38,732 nucleotides of DNA, taken from a virus. Its lineage: Duplodnaviria > Heunggongvirae > Uroviricota > Caudoviricetes. Positions 8,790 to 16,773 of the stretch are shown here, in pieces. The translations under genes were made by a program, and so were the position numbers. Location: the IMG/VR virus record IMGVR_UViG_2718218126_000001. The stretch is one strand, 5' to 3'. A model generated the notes under the pieces. The model was given only the letters and a program-made list of their open reading frames with translations. It made no database searches and was not told the origin of the DNA. The first letter of the stretch is position 1. Each line of letters opens with the position of its first letter.

Positions 8790-9415
8790 GAATTCCCTTT
8801 AGAGTAAGGATTGGTTTTTAAGACGCGGTCTGTAATCAGTTCCGAGAGCTACAGTAAACAACGCTGAGCACTGAACGCATCACAGGCAAGGTAAAAGGTG
8901 ATATCGGCAAAGGCTGTGAAACCTTTAATTCAACAGATGGGAACGGTATGCACAGGATCCTGTAACGACGCTCCCAAAACCGGAAACCTGTAAGGCATGT
9001 TTTCGCTGCTGAACTTAATATACGAACCTGCACTATCATGAACATATTTTATATCGTTATACCCCGAGTGATTGTGCCCGGCAATGGATAGTGTCCTGGA
9101 GGAACTATTTCTACTGTAAAAGGTAGACATTTAATTTCAGTGTGGAATTATTCCCTGCTGTTAATAACCATGGCTCTATATGGCACCGAGCGGACTAGTT
9201 AACTTGCCTGAAAGCCGCTATGAGTGAGGAGCGAATATTGGCACGATAGGATACCTGAACCATTTTTTGGACATGCGCTAAAAGCGAATGATTAGTTTTA
9301 TCGGAATATTTACAGTATACTTACAAGGCAAGCTTGGCGTACCGTCTTGGGCGAGATTGCTTAAATTATTTTGTGGATATATCATTCAAACAAAAGATAA
9401 TAAAATGAGGTTGTT

Positions 9416-9613
9416 ATGTCATATATTCGCGTAGAGAAAGATGGCCTTCAGTATGAAGCAGAATACTTCCGTGAAGAGGATATGGTCACAGTCTTTGGGG
9501 TTAGAGGAGGGCATTCCAGCGTGGTTCTAAATGGAATGACAGAAGTCGCGGCTGCTCGTACTGCGTTACGAAATCTTATTAGAGAAAATCAGGTTGATCC
9601 TCTAACTGATTAA
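9416..9613 (+). CDS. Hypothetical small protein (65 aa)
   Basis: RBS TGAGG 8 nt upstream of the ATG; AT-rich surroundings; no recognisable motif. Confidence 0.4.
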   Translation: MSYIRVEKDGLQYEAEYFREEDMVTVFGVRGGHSSVVLNGMTEVAAARTALRNLIRENQVDPLTD

Positions 9614-9817
9614 AAATAAGCCATCTTAACTGAGAGCATATTTTGATATAATTTAGATTAAATCTATTTTGAAGGTTAGTTTGGGATGAGAAGATTACAT
9701 CAAAACCGTTATTACTAGCAATAAGTTGTGTAAATCAAATAATACATAATCAGGTGGTAATATATACTAAGCGTAGTAAAGTTTTTATATATTCCTGTAA
9801 CTTTGTGAGAAACTTCC

Positions 9818-10483
9818 ATGAAAGCCGACAACTTAAGAATTATAGAGAATGGCAAATATGTTTTCGATATGTTCTTGGATACTGGTGAATTTTACTATAC
9901 AAGTCATGCCTTTGACACGAGAGAAGATGCAAAAAGCTGGATGGAAGAATGGCAGATTTGGGCAAATAATGTATCGAGTGGGAAAGTAAGTAGTATTTAT
10001 TATATTTTACAAGTGCCTGATACTTGGGCCGGTTCTTCAGATAAAAATAACCCTTACTCGGGACTTTATGTGAAAATAGGGCGTTCCAATAATGTGCTAA
10101 AAAGGTTGTCTAACCTGCAGACAGGTGCATTTGGTCAATTAATATTACACGCTTTGGAACCAGGTGGTTCAGAAAAAGAAAACTATCTTCATGAAAAATT
10201 TAGCAACGAAAGACGTCAAGGTGAATGGTTTGTTTGTACTAAGGAACTTACCAAGCATATATTTACAACATGGTTTAAAAACAAAATGCTCCCACCAGAA
10301 CATCAAATAAAAATAATGCAGCTCGCAGAAAGAATAGGTATTTATTCGCATGTTCATACACTAATGGGGGGGAAGCCAGACTTAGTAAACCCATCTATTA
10401 GTGAACCTTGGGAATGCGAAAAATATGTTTTGGTTGATATGATTTATAGCTCTTTAGCAAAGCAAGTTAATCATAAAAAATAA
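9818..10483 (+). CDS. T5orf172 / GIY-YIG-like domain protein (putative nuclease)
   Basis: 221 aa; SSIYYILQV...GLYVKIGRSNNVLKRLSNLQTG...EKENYLHEKFSNERRQGEWF matches the GIY...YIG...R...E pattern of T5orf172/MUG113 domains. Extended -10 TGaTATAAT upstream. Confidence 0.6.
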   Translation: MKADNLRIIENGKYVFDMFLDTGEFYYTSHAFDTREDAKSWMEEWQIWANNVSSGKVSSIYYILQVPDTWAGSSDKNNPYSGLYVKIGRSNNVLKRLSNLQTGAFGQLILHALEPGGSEKENYLHEKFSNERRQGEWFVCTKELTKHIFTTWFKNKMLPPEHQIKIMQLAERIGIYSHVHTLMGGKPDLVNPSISEPWECEKYVLVDMIYSSLAKQVNHKK

Positions 10484-10803
10484 AGTGTTACATTTTAACT
10501 ATACAATTATTGATTCACTAATGAAGAGGTGATTTAGACGTATGAAGTTTTAATAAGCTCCAAGAATATTTTGTCATACATGGGTTAAAGAGTTATATAA
10601 TAATATCTGCTTCTGGAACACAGCAGACAAGCACCTGCAGATAAAGGTCTGCTGAGAGCGAGAAGCGGATCATACGTTGGAAGTTGTTTAGGCAAATACG
10701 TTATAAACGTATTTGATTAAATTTACTTGGATCATAGTCTTCAATAACGCTTTATTATATTGTTTTTCATGCAGCAAACAGGTTCACAGGTAGGTAATAA
10801 GCT

Positions 10804-11208
10804 ATGAGTGGATGGAAAGAGCCTTTTACATTAGCAGAACAGATACAATTAGCATTAAATTTAGGTTATGAGGCTGTACCAGATGAAGAGGCATATACTG
10901 GGGCATACTTCATTAAAGGTGGTAAGAAGTGGATCTTTAACATCATCGGTCTCAAAAAGACATTGAATATATCTTCAGATGATGAACTAAGAGGGCAGGA
11001 TTATGATGTTGATATGTATTTCGAAATTCGCCAAAATTGGGCACAATACCAAGATATGATCTTTGGAAGCGAAGATATCACTCCTTCACCTAAAAATGAA
11101 CTTACTTCAATTTACCATGACCTGCAGGTAACGGATGAACCCAGGGAAATGGTGTATCTTTCTGATGGGATGTGGCTGGATCCCAACGGACGAATTGTAC
11201 AACGATAG
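10804..11208 (+). CDS. Hypothetical protein (134 aa)
   Basis: Own upstream region with palindromes (aaatacgt/acgtattt at ~10694-10715); no recognisable motif. Confidence 0.45.
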   Translation: MSGWKEPFTLAEQIQLALNLGYEAVPDEEAYTGAYFIKGGKKWIFNIIGLKKTLNISSDDELRGQDYDVDMYFEIRQNWAQYQDMIFGSEDITPSPKNELTSIYHDLQVTDEPREMVYLSDGMWLDPNGRIVQR

Positions 11209-11317
11209 CACTCGAACACACTCAGTAATCGTCTATAAGGCCAGCACTTGTTACTTGGTCATTTGGGGTTGCTGGTCTTCTCCATTAAATCGACTAAAGT
11301 CTGTTCCATAGAGAGAG

Positions 11318-11923
11318 TTACTTGCGTTTAAAAAGGTATTTTGTCACGACCAGCACGAGGCCGAATACCTCTGTCAAAGTACCGCCCATGTACAACTGTA
11401 GTGTTAAATCCTCAAATTCCAGCTTACCTGCGCCGTCGGCAATAAATACACCATTCATTATCAGAAGTTGGCAAGCAAGGATAATCAGGAACCATTTCCC
11501 GTATCGTTTTTTTAGAGCGATTTCTGCTTCAAAATCTTTGTTGTTGAGTTGTTTGCGCTCATGCTCGGTATCAAGTGAATTCACCTGTTTCACAGATGTG
11601 AACTCGGTCAAGATTTTACTCTCAGTACGGGTGACTTGTTGAGAGGGTGTAACAGTTGGAATTCTTTTGCTAGACGCAGCTACAGCCATTTTGCGAGCTT
11701 CGGCAGCTCTTTTTCTGGCTATTCCGCGAATACGGACAGCCGTTTTTTTGGGGGCGTGCGAAACCTTTGGCTGAGGTGAAGTTTCGTCAGGAGACTGAAC
11801 CGGGGTTTCATCGTCCCCCGGCTCAACCTCTTCTGCTAACTGACGGTGTAGGTTGAGGGAATCCTTCAGTCGGCGTGCAACTTCCTGTTTGAAACGGCTG
11901 TTAAAATCGTCATCCGATGGCAT
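11318..11923 (-). CDS. Membrane-anchored protein: hydrophilic basic N-terminal region, two predicted C-terminal TM helices
   Basis: 201 aa; WFLIILACQLLIMNGVFIADGAG and TLTEVFGLVLVVTKYLF hydrophobic segments. Starts 9 nt after the peptidase stop; last 25 codons lie inside direct repeat copy B. Confidence 0.55.
   Translation of the reverse strand: MPSDDDFNSRFKQEVARRLKDSLNLHRQLAEEVEPGDDETPVQSPDETSPQPKVSHAPKKTAVRIRGIARKRAAEARKMAVAASSKRIPTVTPSQQVTRTESKILTEFTSVKQVNSLDTEHERKQLNNKDFEAEIALKKRYGKWFLIILACQLLIMNGVFIADGAGKLEFEDLTLQLYMGGTLTEVFGLVLVVTKYLFKRK
11322..11398. repeat. Direct repeat copy B (~77 bp), coding the 3' end of the membrane-protein gene
   Basis: Matches 7721..7797 with 4 mismatches and 1 indel. 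Confidence 0.8.
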
Positions 11924-11932
11924 TCTAAAGCG

Positions 11933-12421
11933 TTACCCCAACCTCAAGTTCTTTAAACGATAAGTCATCGCATCGTCAGATACGCCAAAATAATGCGCCA
12001 TTATATAACTTGGTTGGCCGTCAGCGTGCAGTTTTCTGACCTCATCAACCGGCATCAGAAGTTCTGCTGCGAACTTGTTCGCAAAAATTTCATCAGGATG
12101 CGTTCCGGCGCTTGCGGTTTCGCCACGTAAATCAACGTACTCATATTCATCACTATGCGATGCTTGCCGGGCGATGTAATGCCCCAACTCATGCCCACAT
12201 GAAAAACGTTGACGAACTTTGTTGTCATCACTGTTTAGAAAGATCGCTGGATCTTGATCTTTTTGTTTAATCAGTGCGCCAGAAACTTTCCCAGGAAGAT
12301 CGGTAATAAAAACATCTAATCCCATGTCGTGAGCAATTTTCGCTGGATCAACAGGGAAACCACGCCCGCACCAGAACGTGTCCAGCACTCGCCGGGCGTG
12401 CTCTCTTGGGTTGGTAGCCAT
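11933..12421 (-). CDS. ImmA/IrrE-family (DUF955, M78-like) zinc metallopeptidase
   Basis: 162 aa; HEXXH as CGHELGHY and downstream DEIFANKFAAELLMP, the family signature. RBS GGAGG. No fused HTH domain. Confidence 0.7.
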   Translation of the reverse strand: MATNPREHARRVLDTFWCGRGFPVDPAKIAHDMGLDVFITDLPGKVSGALIKQKDQDPAIFLNSDDNKVRQRFSCGHELGHYIARQASHSDEYEYVDLRGETASAGTHPDEIFANKFAAELLMPVDEVRKLHADGQPSYIMAHYFGVSDDAMTYRLKNLRLG

Positions 12422-12495
12422 AGCTCCTCCAGTTACTGCATTACGATTGTTGGTCGAAATATAGACAACATGTTCCGTACCACTTTCCTGTGAAA

Positions 12496-12510
12496 GTGCA
12501 AATTCTGCAC
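12496..12510. promoter_or_regulatory. Perfect inverted repeat GTGCA-N5-TGCAC upstream of the peptidase operon; candidate operator
   Basis: gtgcaaattctgcac seen in sequence, ~75 bp upstream of the peptidase start on the minus strand. Confidence 0.3.
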
Positions 12511-12750
12511 TTCTGGTACGATATTAACTGTTAGTAGTAAAGTCTTCCAGATAAATCACTTTAAAATCTTGTGAATTGCTTGCTTTTTACGCTGCATTGT
12601 GGATGGCTCAATGTTTCCAGTAAAAACATACATGATAATCATGACATTAGTGGTTTTTTAAGCGTCCATATGTTTCTTAAAAAAATGGATGCCACAAGAG
12701 GCCAGATGAGAACGGAAAGGGAAGGCTATTACATGTGTGATTTATTACAT

Positions 12751-12766
12751 CTGTAAAAAAATACAG
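12751..12766. promoter_or_regulatory. LexA-box-like CTGT-N8-ACAG motif (weaker match)
   Basis: ctgtaaaaaaatacag in the divergent intergenic region. Confidence 0.3.
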
Positions 12767-12855
12767 ATCTAACTTGATCTTTTCATTGAAGTTTTTCTTG
12801 GTCCTGGATAGGATCTGGAGGTTGCGAAGTTTTTAGAGTCGCATCAAAGGGAAAG

Positions 12856-12879
12856 CCCTGACAGCGCCAACTGTCAGGG
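12856..12879. other. Perfect 9-bp stem / 6-nt loop hairpin of unknown function
   Basis: ccctgacag-cgccaa-ctgtcaggg in a 540-bp non-coding region. Confidence 0.3.
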
Positions 12880-12988
12880 CCATACAAAAACATCGGTTAA
12901 TGCTTTCGTTGAGATCTCGGTTTGGGAGATTACCTCAACCGGGATCCCGTGTAAAGCATTCATTACCGAAAATGATATAGGTCAATGA

Positions 12989-13267
12989 ATGAAACACATC
13001 TGTAAAAAGTCACATCGTCACGACAGTATGTTTGATGTTCTTTCTGCAAATCAGGGTAACGTTGGGCGGCACAAGTGTTGTGGATGTGCCTATGATAAAG
13101 GTATGTGGCATGCATTAATCGGCGTTCCGCGTGCGGTTGATGACTCTGTTTTAGGTGATTTACCCGAAAGCCAGGCTGGGCATGTCCGTCATAAAGATGC
13201 TTTTGAAGCATATAATATGGGCTATGACCATGGGATGCATAAAAAAGCCTACGGTATGGCCTCATAA
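12989..13267 (+). CDS. Hypothetical Cys/His-rich small protein (92 aa)
   Basis: Followed immediately by a strong intrinsic terminator, which favours this strand over the overlapping minus-strand ORF. Function unknown. Confidence 0.4.
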   Translation: MKHICKKSHRHDSMFDVLSANQGNVGRHKCCGCAYDKGMWHALIGVPRAVDDSVLGDLPESQAGHVRHKDAFEAYNMGYDHGMHKKAYGMAS

Positions 13268-13288
13268 TCTGGTGCAAATGAATAACTA

Positions 13289-13316
13289 ACCCGCTTCGGC
13301 GGGTTTTCTTTTTTAT
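13289..13316 (+). terminator. Rho-independent terminator
   Basis: acccgc-ttcg-gcgggt stem-loop followed by tttcttttttat. Confidence 0.6.
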
Positions 13317-13385
13317 AGAACCCTGCGATGTGAAAACGAATAATAAATTTTGCAAATAATGCAGTTTTTATTATTCGAGGTAATT

Positions 13386-14027
13386 ATGAAAACCTTCTAT
13401 GAGGACTGGCCTGAAACTTTCGTTAGCCGATTAGATATGTTACGAGCTCTGGATGATCGCGGCTCGACCCGGAGGCTCTATCTTGAGCGGACCGGGGCAA
13501 TATTTGACGCTCTGGCAGAAGAGATACGTACAGCCGTTGCCGGGCATCCTGAAATCGACGTGAGTGAACTTGATATCGGGCCGCTGTATCGCTATTACAA
13601 ACGTGGAGAAAAGGGGAATCCGCTGGCTGACTTACTTATTGAGTTGGCTCCACCAACTTGTGAACGGGTTCGTATATCTCCTGAAGTGTACACAATCCCG
13701 TATCTGTTTTTTGCACTGTTGCTAGCGCAAGGCGCTGACAACGATGCCCGCGATTTTTTCAATATGATGATGCGACCGTTGATCATCGCCTACCGTTTCA
13801 AACAACTGGCGCGCTACCTTGGCACTAAGGGCGGAGGACGACCACAGCACAGATTAAAAAGCGAAGCCATTGAACTGGCTGATCGTTTTTTTACTGAAAA
13901 CCCGACAGCGCCATTATCGCGTGGTGTGCAATACATATCCGGTATTTTTGTGGCGAAATACTCTGACCCACCTGCAGCGTCGACGATTAGAAAATGGTTA
14001 ATTTCAATTTACAGGAGTGATAAATAA
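13386..14027 (+). CDS. Hypothetical protein (213 aa from ATG with GAGG RBS)
   Basis: ORF 13350..14027; preferred start MKTFYEDWPETF at 13386. No recognisable motif. Confidence 0.5.
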   Translation: MKTFYEDWPETFVSRLDMLRALDDRGSTRRLYLERTGAIFDALAEEIRTAVAGHPEIDVSELDIGPLYRYYKRGEKGNPLADLLIELAPPTCERVRISPEVYTIPYLFFALLLAQGADNDARDFFNMMMRPLIIAYRFKQLARYLGTKGGGRPQHRLKSEAIELADRFFTENPTAPLSRGVQYISGIFVAKYSDPPAASTIRKWLISIYRSDK

Positions 14028-14069
14028 TGACCATAAACGGTTTAATCTCCTATAAAACCGTTTAATAAA

Positions 14070-14089
14070 ATTCACGACGTGAATATAAT
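14070..14089 (+). promoter_or_regulatory. Palindrome ATTCAC-GAC-GTGAAT overlapping a perfect TATAAT hexamer; candidate operator/promoter
   Basis: attcacgacgtgaatataat seen in sequence. Confidence 0.3.
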
Positions 14090-14140
14090 TGTTCATTATT
14101 CCCTCATTGTATCTGGCGTTATGACAAATGCCATAAAATA

Positions 14141-14156
14141 CTGTATAAATGTACAG
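14141..14156. promoter_or_regulatory. LexA (SOS) box, strong match to CTGT-N8-ACAG consensus
   Basis: taCTGTataaatgtACAGgt, 22 nt upstream of the ATG at 14179 and overlapping a TGACAA / TATAAA promoter-like pair. Confidence 0.5.
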
Positions 14157-14178
14157 GTAATGGCGTTAGGGGGAAGAC

Positions 14179-14358
14179 ATGAATATTCAAGAATCTATAG
14201 GCGAACTACCGGAAACATGCCGGGCTGTTATCAAGCGTAAGGACGGACACATCGTTGGTGTGCGTGTTCTGACCGATGATGAACGGATTGCCAGCCTGAT
14301 GGCGTTTCTCGAGTTGGCAGAAATAGCTGGATATACTATTACACCCCCTGACGCGTAA
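14179..14358 (+). CDS. Small protein (59 aa), probably SOS-regulated; not in the supplied ORF track
   Basis: ATG with strong RBS AGGGGGAA; translation MNIQESIGELPETCRAVIKRKDGHIVGVRVLTDDERIASLMAFLELAEIAGYTITPPDA; LexA box directly upstream. Confidence 0.45.
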   Translation: MNIQESIGELPETCRAVIKRKDGHIVGVRVLTDDERIASLMAFLELAEIAGYTITPPDA

Positions 14359-14435
14359 AACACGGTATAATATCGGTGCTGGATTGAACACCCGGCACCA
14401 TTTTCTGAACACTGCCGCGCCACCTGGAGTTAAAC

Positions 14436-15032
14436 ATGGCGCAGCATTCATTTATCAGGGTATCCGGCGGTTCGCTAATACCCGCGACACCAGACACGCA
14501 ACGCTGGTTGACTGAACGAGTCAAACCAGGTGCTGTTGTGTATGCAGATTTCAAACAGGCACGTAATCCCGCGTTTCACCGTAAATTTTTCTCACTTCTC
14601 AACCTGGGCTTTGATTACTGGCATCCGTCCGGAGGGGCTATTTCTCCTGCGGAGCGAGAACTGGTCCACGGCTACGTTAAGTTACTGGCGTATTACGGTG
14701 GGCATGGTGATGTCATGGCTGAGCTGGCTGATCAGTATCTTCTCGATGAGTCGGAAAAGCGCGCGGGGAATATCAGTGCGGTGAAGTCGTTCGAGGCGTT
14801 TCGCGCCTGGGCGACTATGGAATCTGGATTTTATGACGTTCATCAGATGCCAGATGGTAGTTTGATGCGTGTACCTCGTTCAATCTCGTTTGCTGCGATG
14901 GACGATCTTGAGTTCGGTCAACTGTATTCAGCCGTTTTAGATGTGCTGTGGAATTATATTTTGTTCCGCACGTTTGCCTCTCAGGAGGCCGCTGAAAATG
15001 CTGCCGCGCAGCTGTTGGATTACACATCATGA
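14436..15032 (+). CDS. nin-region phage protein, DUF1367-like (putative)
   Basis: 198 aa; RBS GGAG; position upstream of Q. Family assignment from memory of lambdoid nin-region proteins. Confidence 0.5.
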   Translation: MAQHSFIRVSGGSLIPATPDTQRWLTERVKPGAVVYADFKQARNPAFHRKFFSLLNLGFDYWHPSGGAISPAERELVHGYVKLLAYYGGHGDVMAELADQYLLDESEKRAGNISAVKSFEAFRAWATMESGFYDVHQMPDGSLMRVPRSISFAAMDDLEFGQLYSAVLDVLWNYILFRTFASQEAAENAAAQLLDYTS

Positions 15033-15322
15033 AAAAAATCGACCTGAGAAAAGCTGCACGTGGTCGCGCTTGTACTGTGCGTATCCCCGGTGTGTGCAAT
15101 CACAATCCTGAAACCAGCGTACTGGCTCATTATCGTCTCGCCGGAACGTGCGGCACAGCCATCAAACCTCACGATATGCAGGGCGCTATCGCCTGCAGTG
15201 CGTGTCACGATGCCATCGACGGACGTACAAAAACGGATTACGAGCACGACTCATTGTTGTTGATGCACGCTGAGGGAGTTTTCAGAACACTGGCTATCTG
15301 GCGCGATGAGGAGTTTATCTGA
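15029..15322 (+). CDS. nin-region protein, DUF1364 / YbcO-like putative nuclease
   Basis: 97 aa; KAARGRACTVRIPGVCNHNPETSVLAHYR...ACSACHD Cys/His pattern recalled from the YbcO family. Overlapping stop/start with neighbours. Confidence 0.55.
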   Translation: MKKIDLRKAARGRACTVRIPGVCNHNPETSVLAHYRLAGTCGTAIKPHDMQGAIACSACHDAIDGRTKTDYEHDSLLLMHAEGVFRTLAIWRDEEFI

Positions 15323-15993
15323 TGAGTAACGAGTATTTATTGGAATATACCCGCATAAAACTGCGCGCTGCATTACGGGATTTGTCTGGTGGTTCTAAGG
15401 GGCAACTGGAAGCATTGTGTGAGCACCCGCCAGCAGATAAAAACGCATACCCACGCAAACATATTCATCGTGTGCAACTGGAGGACCGGACCGTTGATGC
15501 TCTGGTTACGCCAGTTTATGCCCTGGAAAGTTTCAGCAGACGTCGTCCCGCGCCGCCGATGAATGATTATGAATTCGCTGATTCATCGTGGCGCCGCGCC
15601 GTGAATTCGCTCGACGTTAGCCAGCAGGCGTGGTTGCGCTATTGCTACGGTGGTCACCTGGCGTTCAAACACCAAACAGCTATTTGTGAGGCTGTCTGGA
15701 GTCGCTATAAAGGACACATCCCCGCGTCAACTCAGAGAAAAGTAGCTAAGCGTCTGCTTTCGTTGGTGTGGTTGTCCGTGCAGGCGGTTGCAGCAGCAAA
15801 TAAACGCGAGGATTTTAAGGAGATGGCTGGATCTGCGCTAGCTGGAATGTTGTCTGTTTCTCGTTCCACCTGGTGCGAAACATACTCCCCGCACTGGGTA
15901 GGAATGAAAGAGGCGGTGAGAGCACTTGATGAAATGGCACTTCTTGCAACTTTGCATCATTATCAAAACCATTTAGACGACGTTTGCGTATAA
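15322..15993 (+). CDS. Putative late-gene antiterminator (Q-like), assigned by position
   Basis: 223 aa directly upstream of a promoter/terminator-like region and the lysis cassette; sequence-level assignment weak. Confidence 0.45.
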   Translation: MSNEYLLEYTRIKLRAALRDLSGGSKGQLEALCEHPPADKNAYPRKHIHRVQLEDRTVDALVTPVYALESFSRRRPAPPMNDYEFADSSWRRAVNSLDVSQQAWLRYCYGGHLAFKHQTAICEAVWSRYKGHIPASTQRKVAKRLLSLVWLSVQAVAAANKREDFKEMAGSALAGMLSVSRSTWCETYSPHWVGMKEAVRALDEMALLATLHHYQNHLDDVCV

Positions 15994-16090
15994 TGCTTGC
16001 AAAACCGAACAAAACAGGCCATATTAAACGCTAATTTGGTATGTTGCCAAATTTCTAAGAACCTCGCCACGGCGGGGTTTTGTCGTTTCT
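15989..16090 (+). promoter_or_regulatory. Putative late promoter region with short GC hairpin plus T-tract (PR'/tR'-like)
   Basis: Perfect TATAAT at 15989-15994; hairpin cgcc..ggcgggg followed by ttttgtcgtttct at ~16063-16090. Confidence 0.3.
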
Positions 16091-16105
16091 GAATCAGGAA
16101 AAATC

Positions 16106-16489
16106 ATGTCTGAACCTCTAACCGCTGGCGTTGCTGCTGGCTCGGCGGGGGTGACGTTTGCTGCGTTATTTCCTGAGGCAACACCTGCAGTGATGATCTG
16201 TGCGCTGGCTGGCGCAGCTCTCTATGTGTTGTCGTCCGGGCAGCATCGATTCTGGAAGCAGGTTATTTTCGCACTCATTTCGTTTGTTGGCGGTGTGTAT
16301 TGCGCTGAGACAGCGTCAGCCATCATTACCGGTATTCTGAACGCGGTGCTGAGTCACCTGAACCCTCCCGTAACAGTAAAAGTCTCTCCCGCCATTGGTG
16401 CACTGGTTGCATCAGTAATCAGCGTTACATCACTGTTGCGGATCATGTCACAAGCTCGTTTATGGAAATCAGATAAGGGGATGAAATAA
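16106..16489 (+). CDS. Putative holin (multi-TM small membrane protein)
   Basis: 127 aa with three hydrophobic segments; first gene of the lysis cassette; RBS AGGA. Confidence 0.5.
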   Translation: MSEPLTAGVAAGSAGVTFAALFPEATPAVMICALAGAALYVLSSGQHRFWKQVIFALISFVGGVYCAETASAIITGILNAVLSHLNPPVTVKVSPAIGALVASVISVTSLLRIMSQARLWKSDKGMK

Positions 16490-16773
16490 TGACCCTGCAC
16501 TCTGTCCTCATTAATGCCAATGCAATTATCTGTCTGATGCTGGCACTGCGGTTGATGTTTTTTCAAAAAACAGGCCGCTATCGTTTTTTCATCTCACTAA
16601 CTGCTTACCTGGCGATTCTGTCTGCTGCGTGGATAGCCCTACGAATTTTTTACGGGAAATACACGCAGGTTGATCCCGCAGAGTTCTTTCTCAATCTCAC
16701 CATCTGTATTGCTGTCTGGCGGGCACGAGGGAATATTTCAAAAATAACAGGAGACAGGTATGACCGATCCTAA
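16489..16773 (+). CDS. Second small membrane protein of lysis cassette (holin/antiholin-like)
   Basis: 94 aa with two or three hydrophobic segments; start overlaps the previous stop (TAATG). Confidence 0.45.
   Translation: MTLHSVLINANAIICLMLALRLMFFQKTGRYRFFISLTAYLAILSAAWIALRIFYGKYTQVDPAEFFLNLTICIAVWRARGNISKITGDRYDRS

Noticed and set aside
8836-9130. Two minus-strand ORFs (69 and 66 aa) upstream of the lipoprotein gene
   Set aside because: No RBS; located in the likely promoter region. A phosphoesterase-like HNH stretch was noted but is too weak to call even as a pseudogene.
12571-12756. 61-aa plus-strand ORF in the divergent control region
   Set aside because: Non-ATG start, no RBS, low-complexity translation, overlaps the LexA-like box.
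12963-13355. 130-aa minus-strand ORF
   Set aside because: His/Arg-rich junk-like translation that runs through the plus-strand terminator hairpin; the plus-strand 92-aa gene is preferred.
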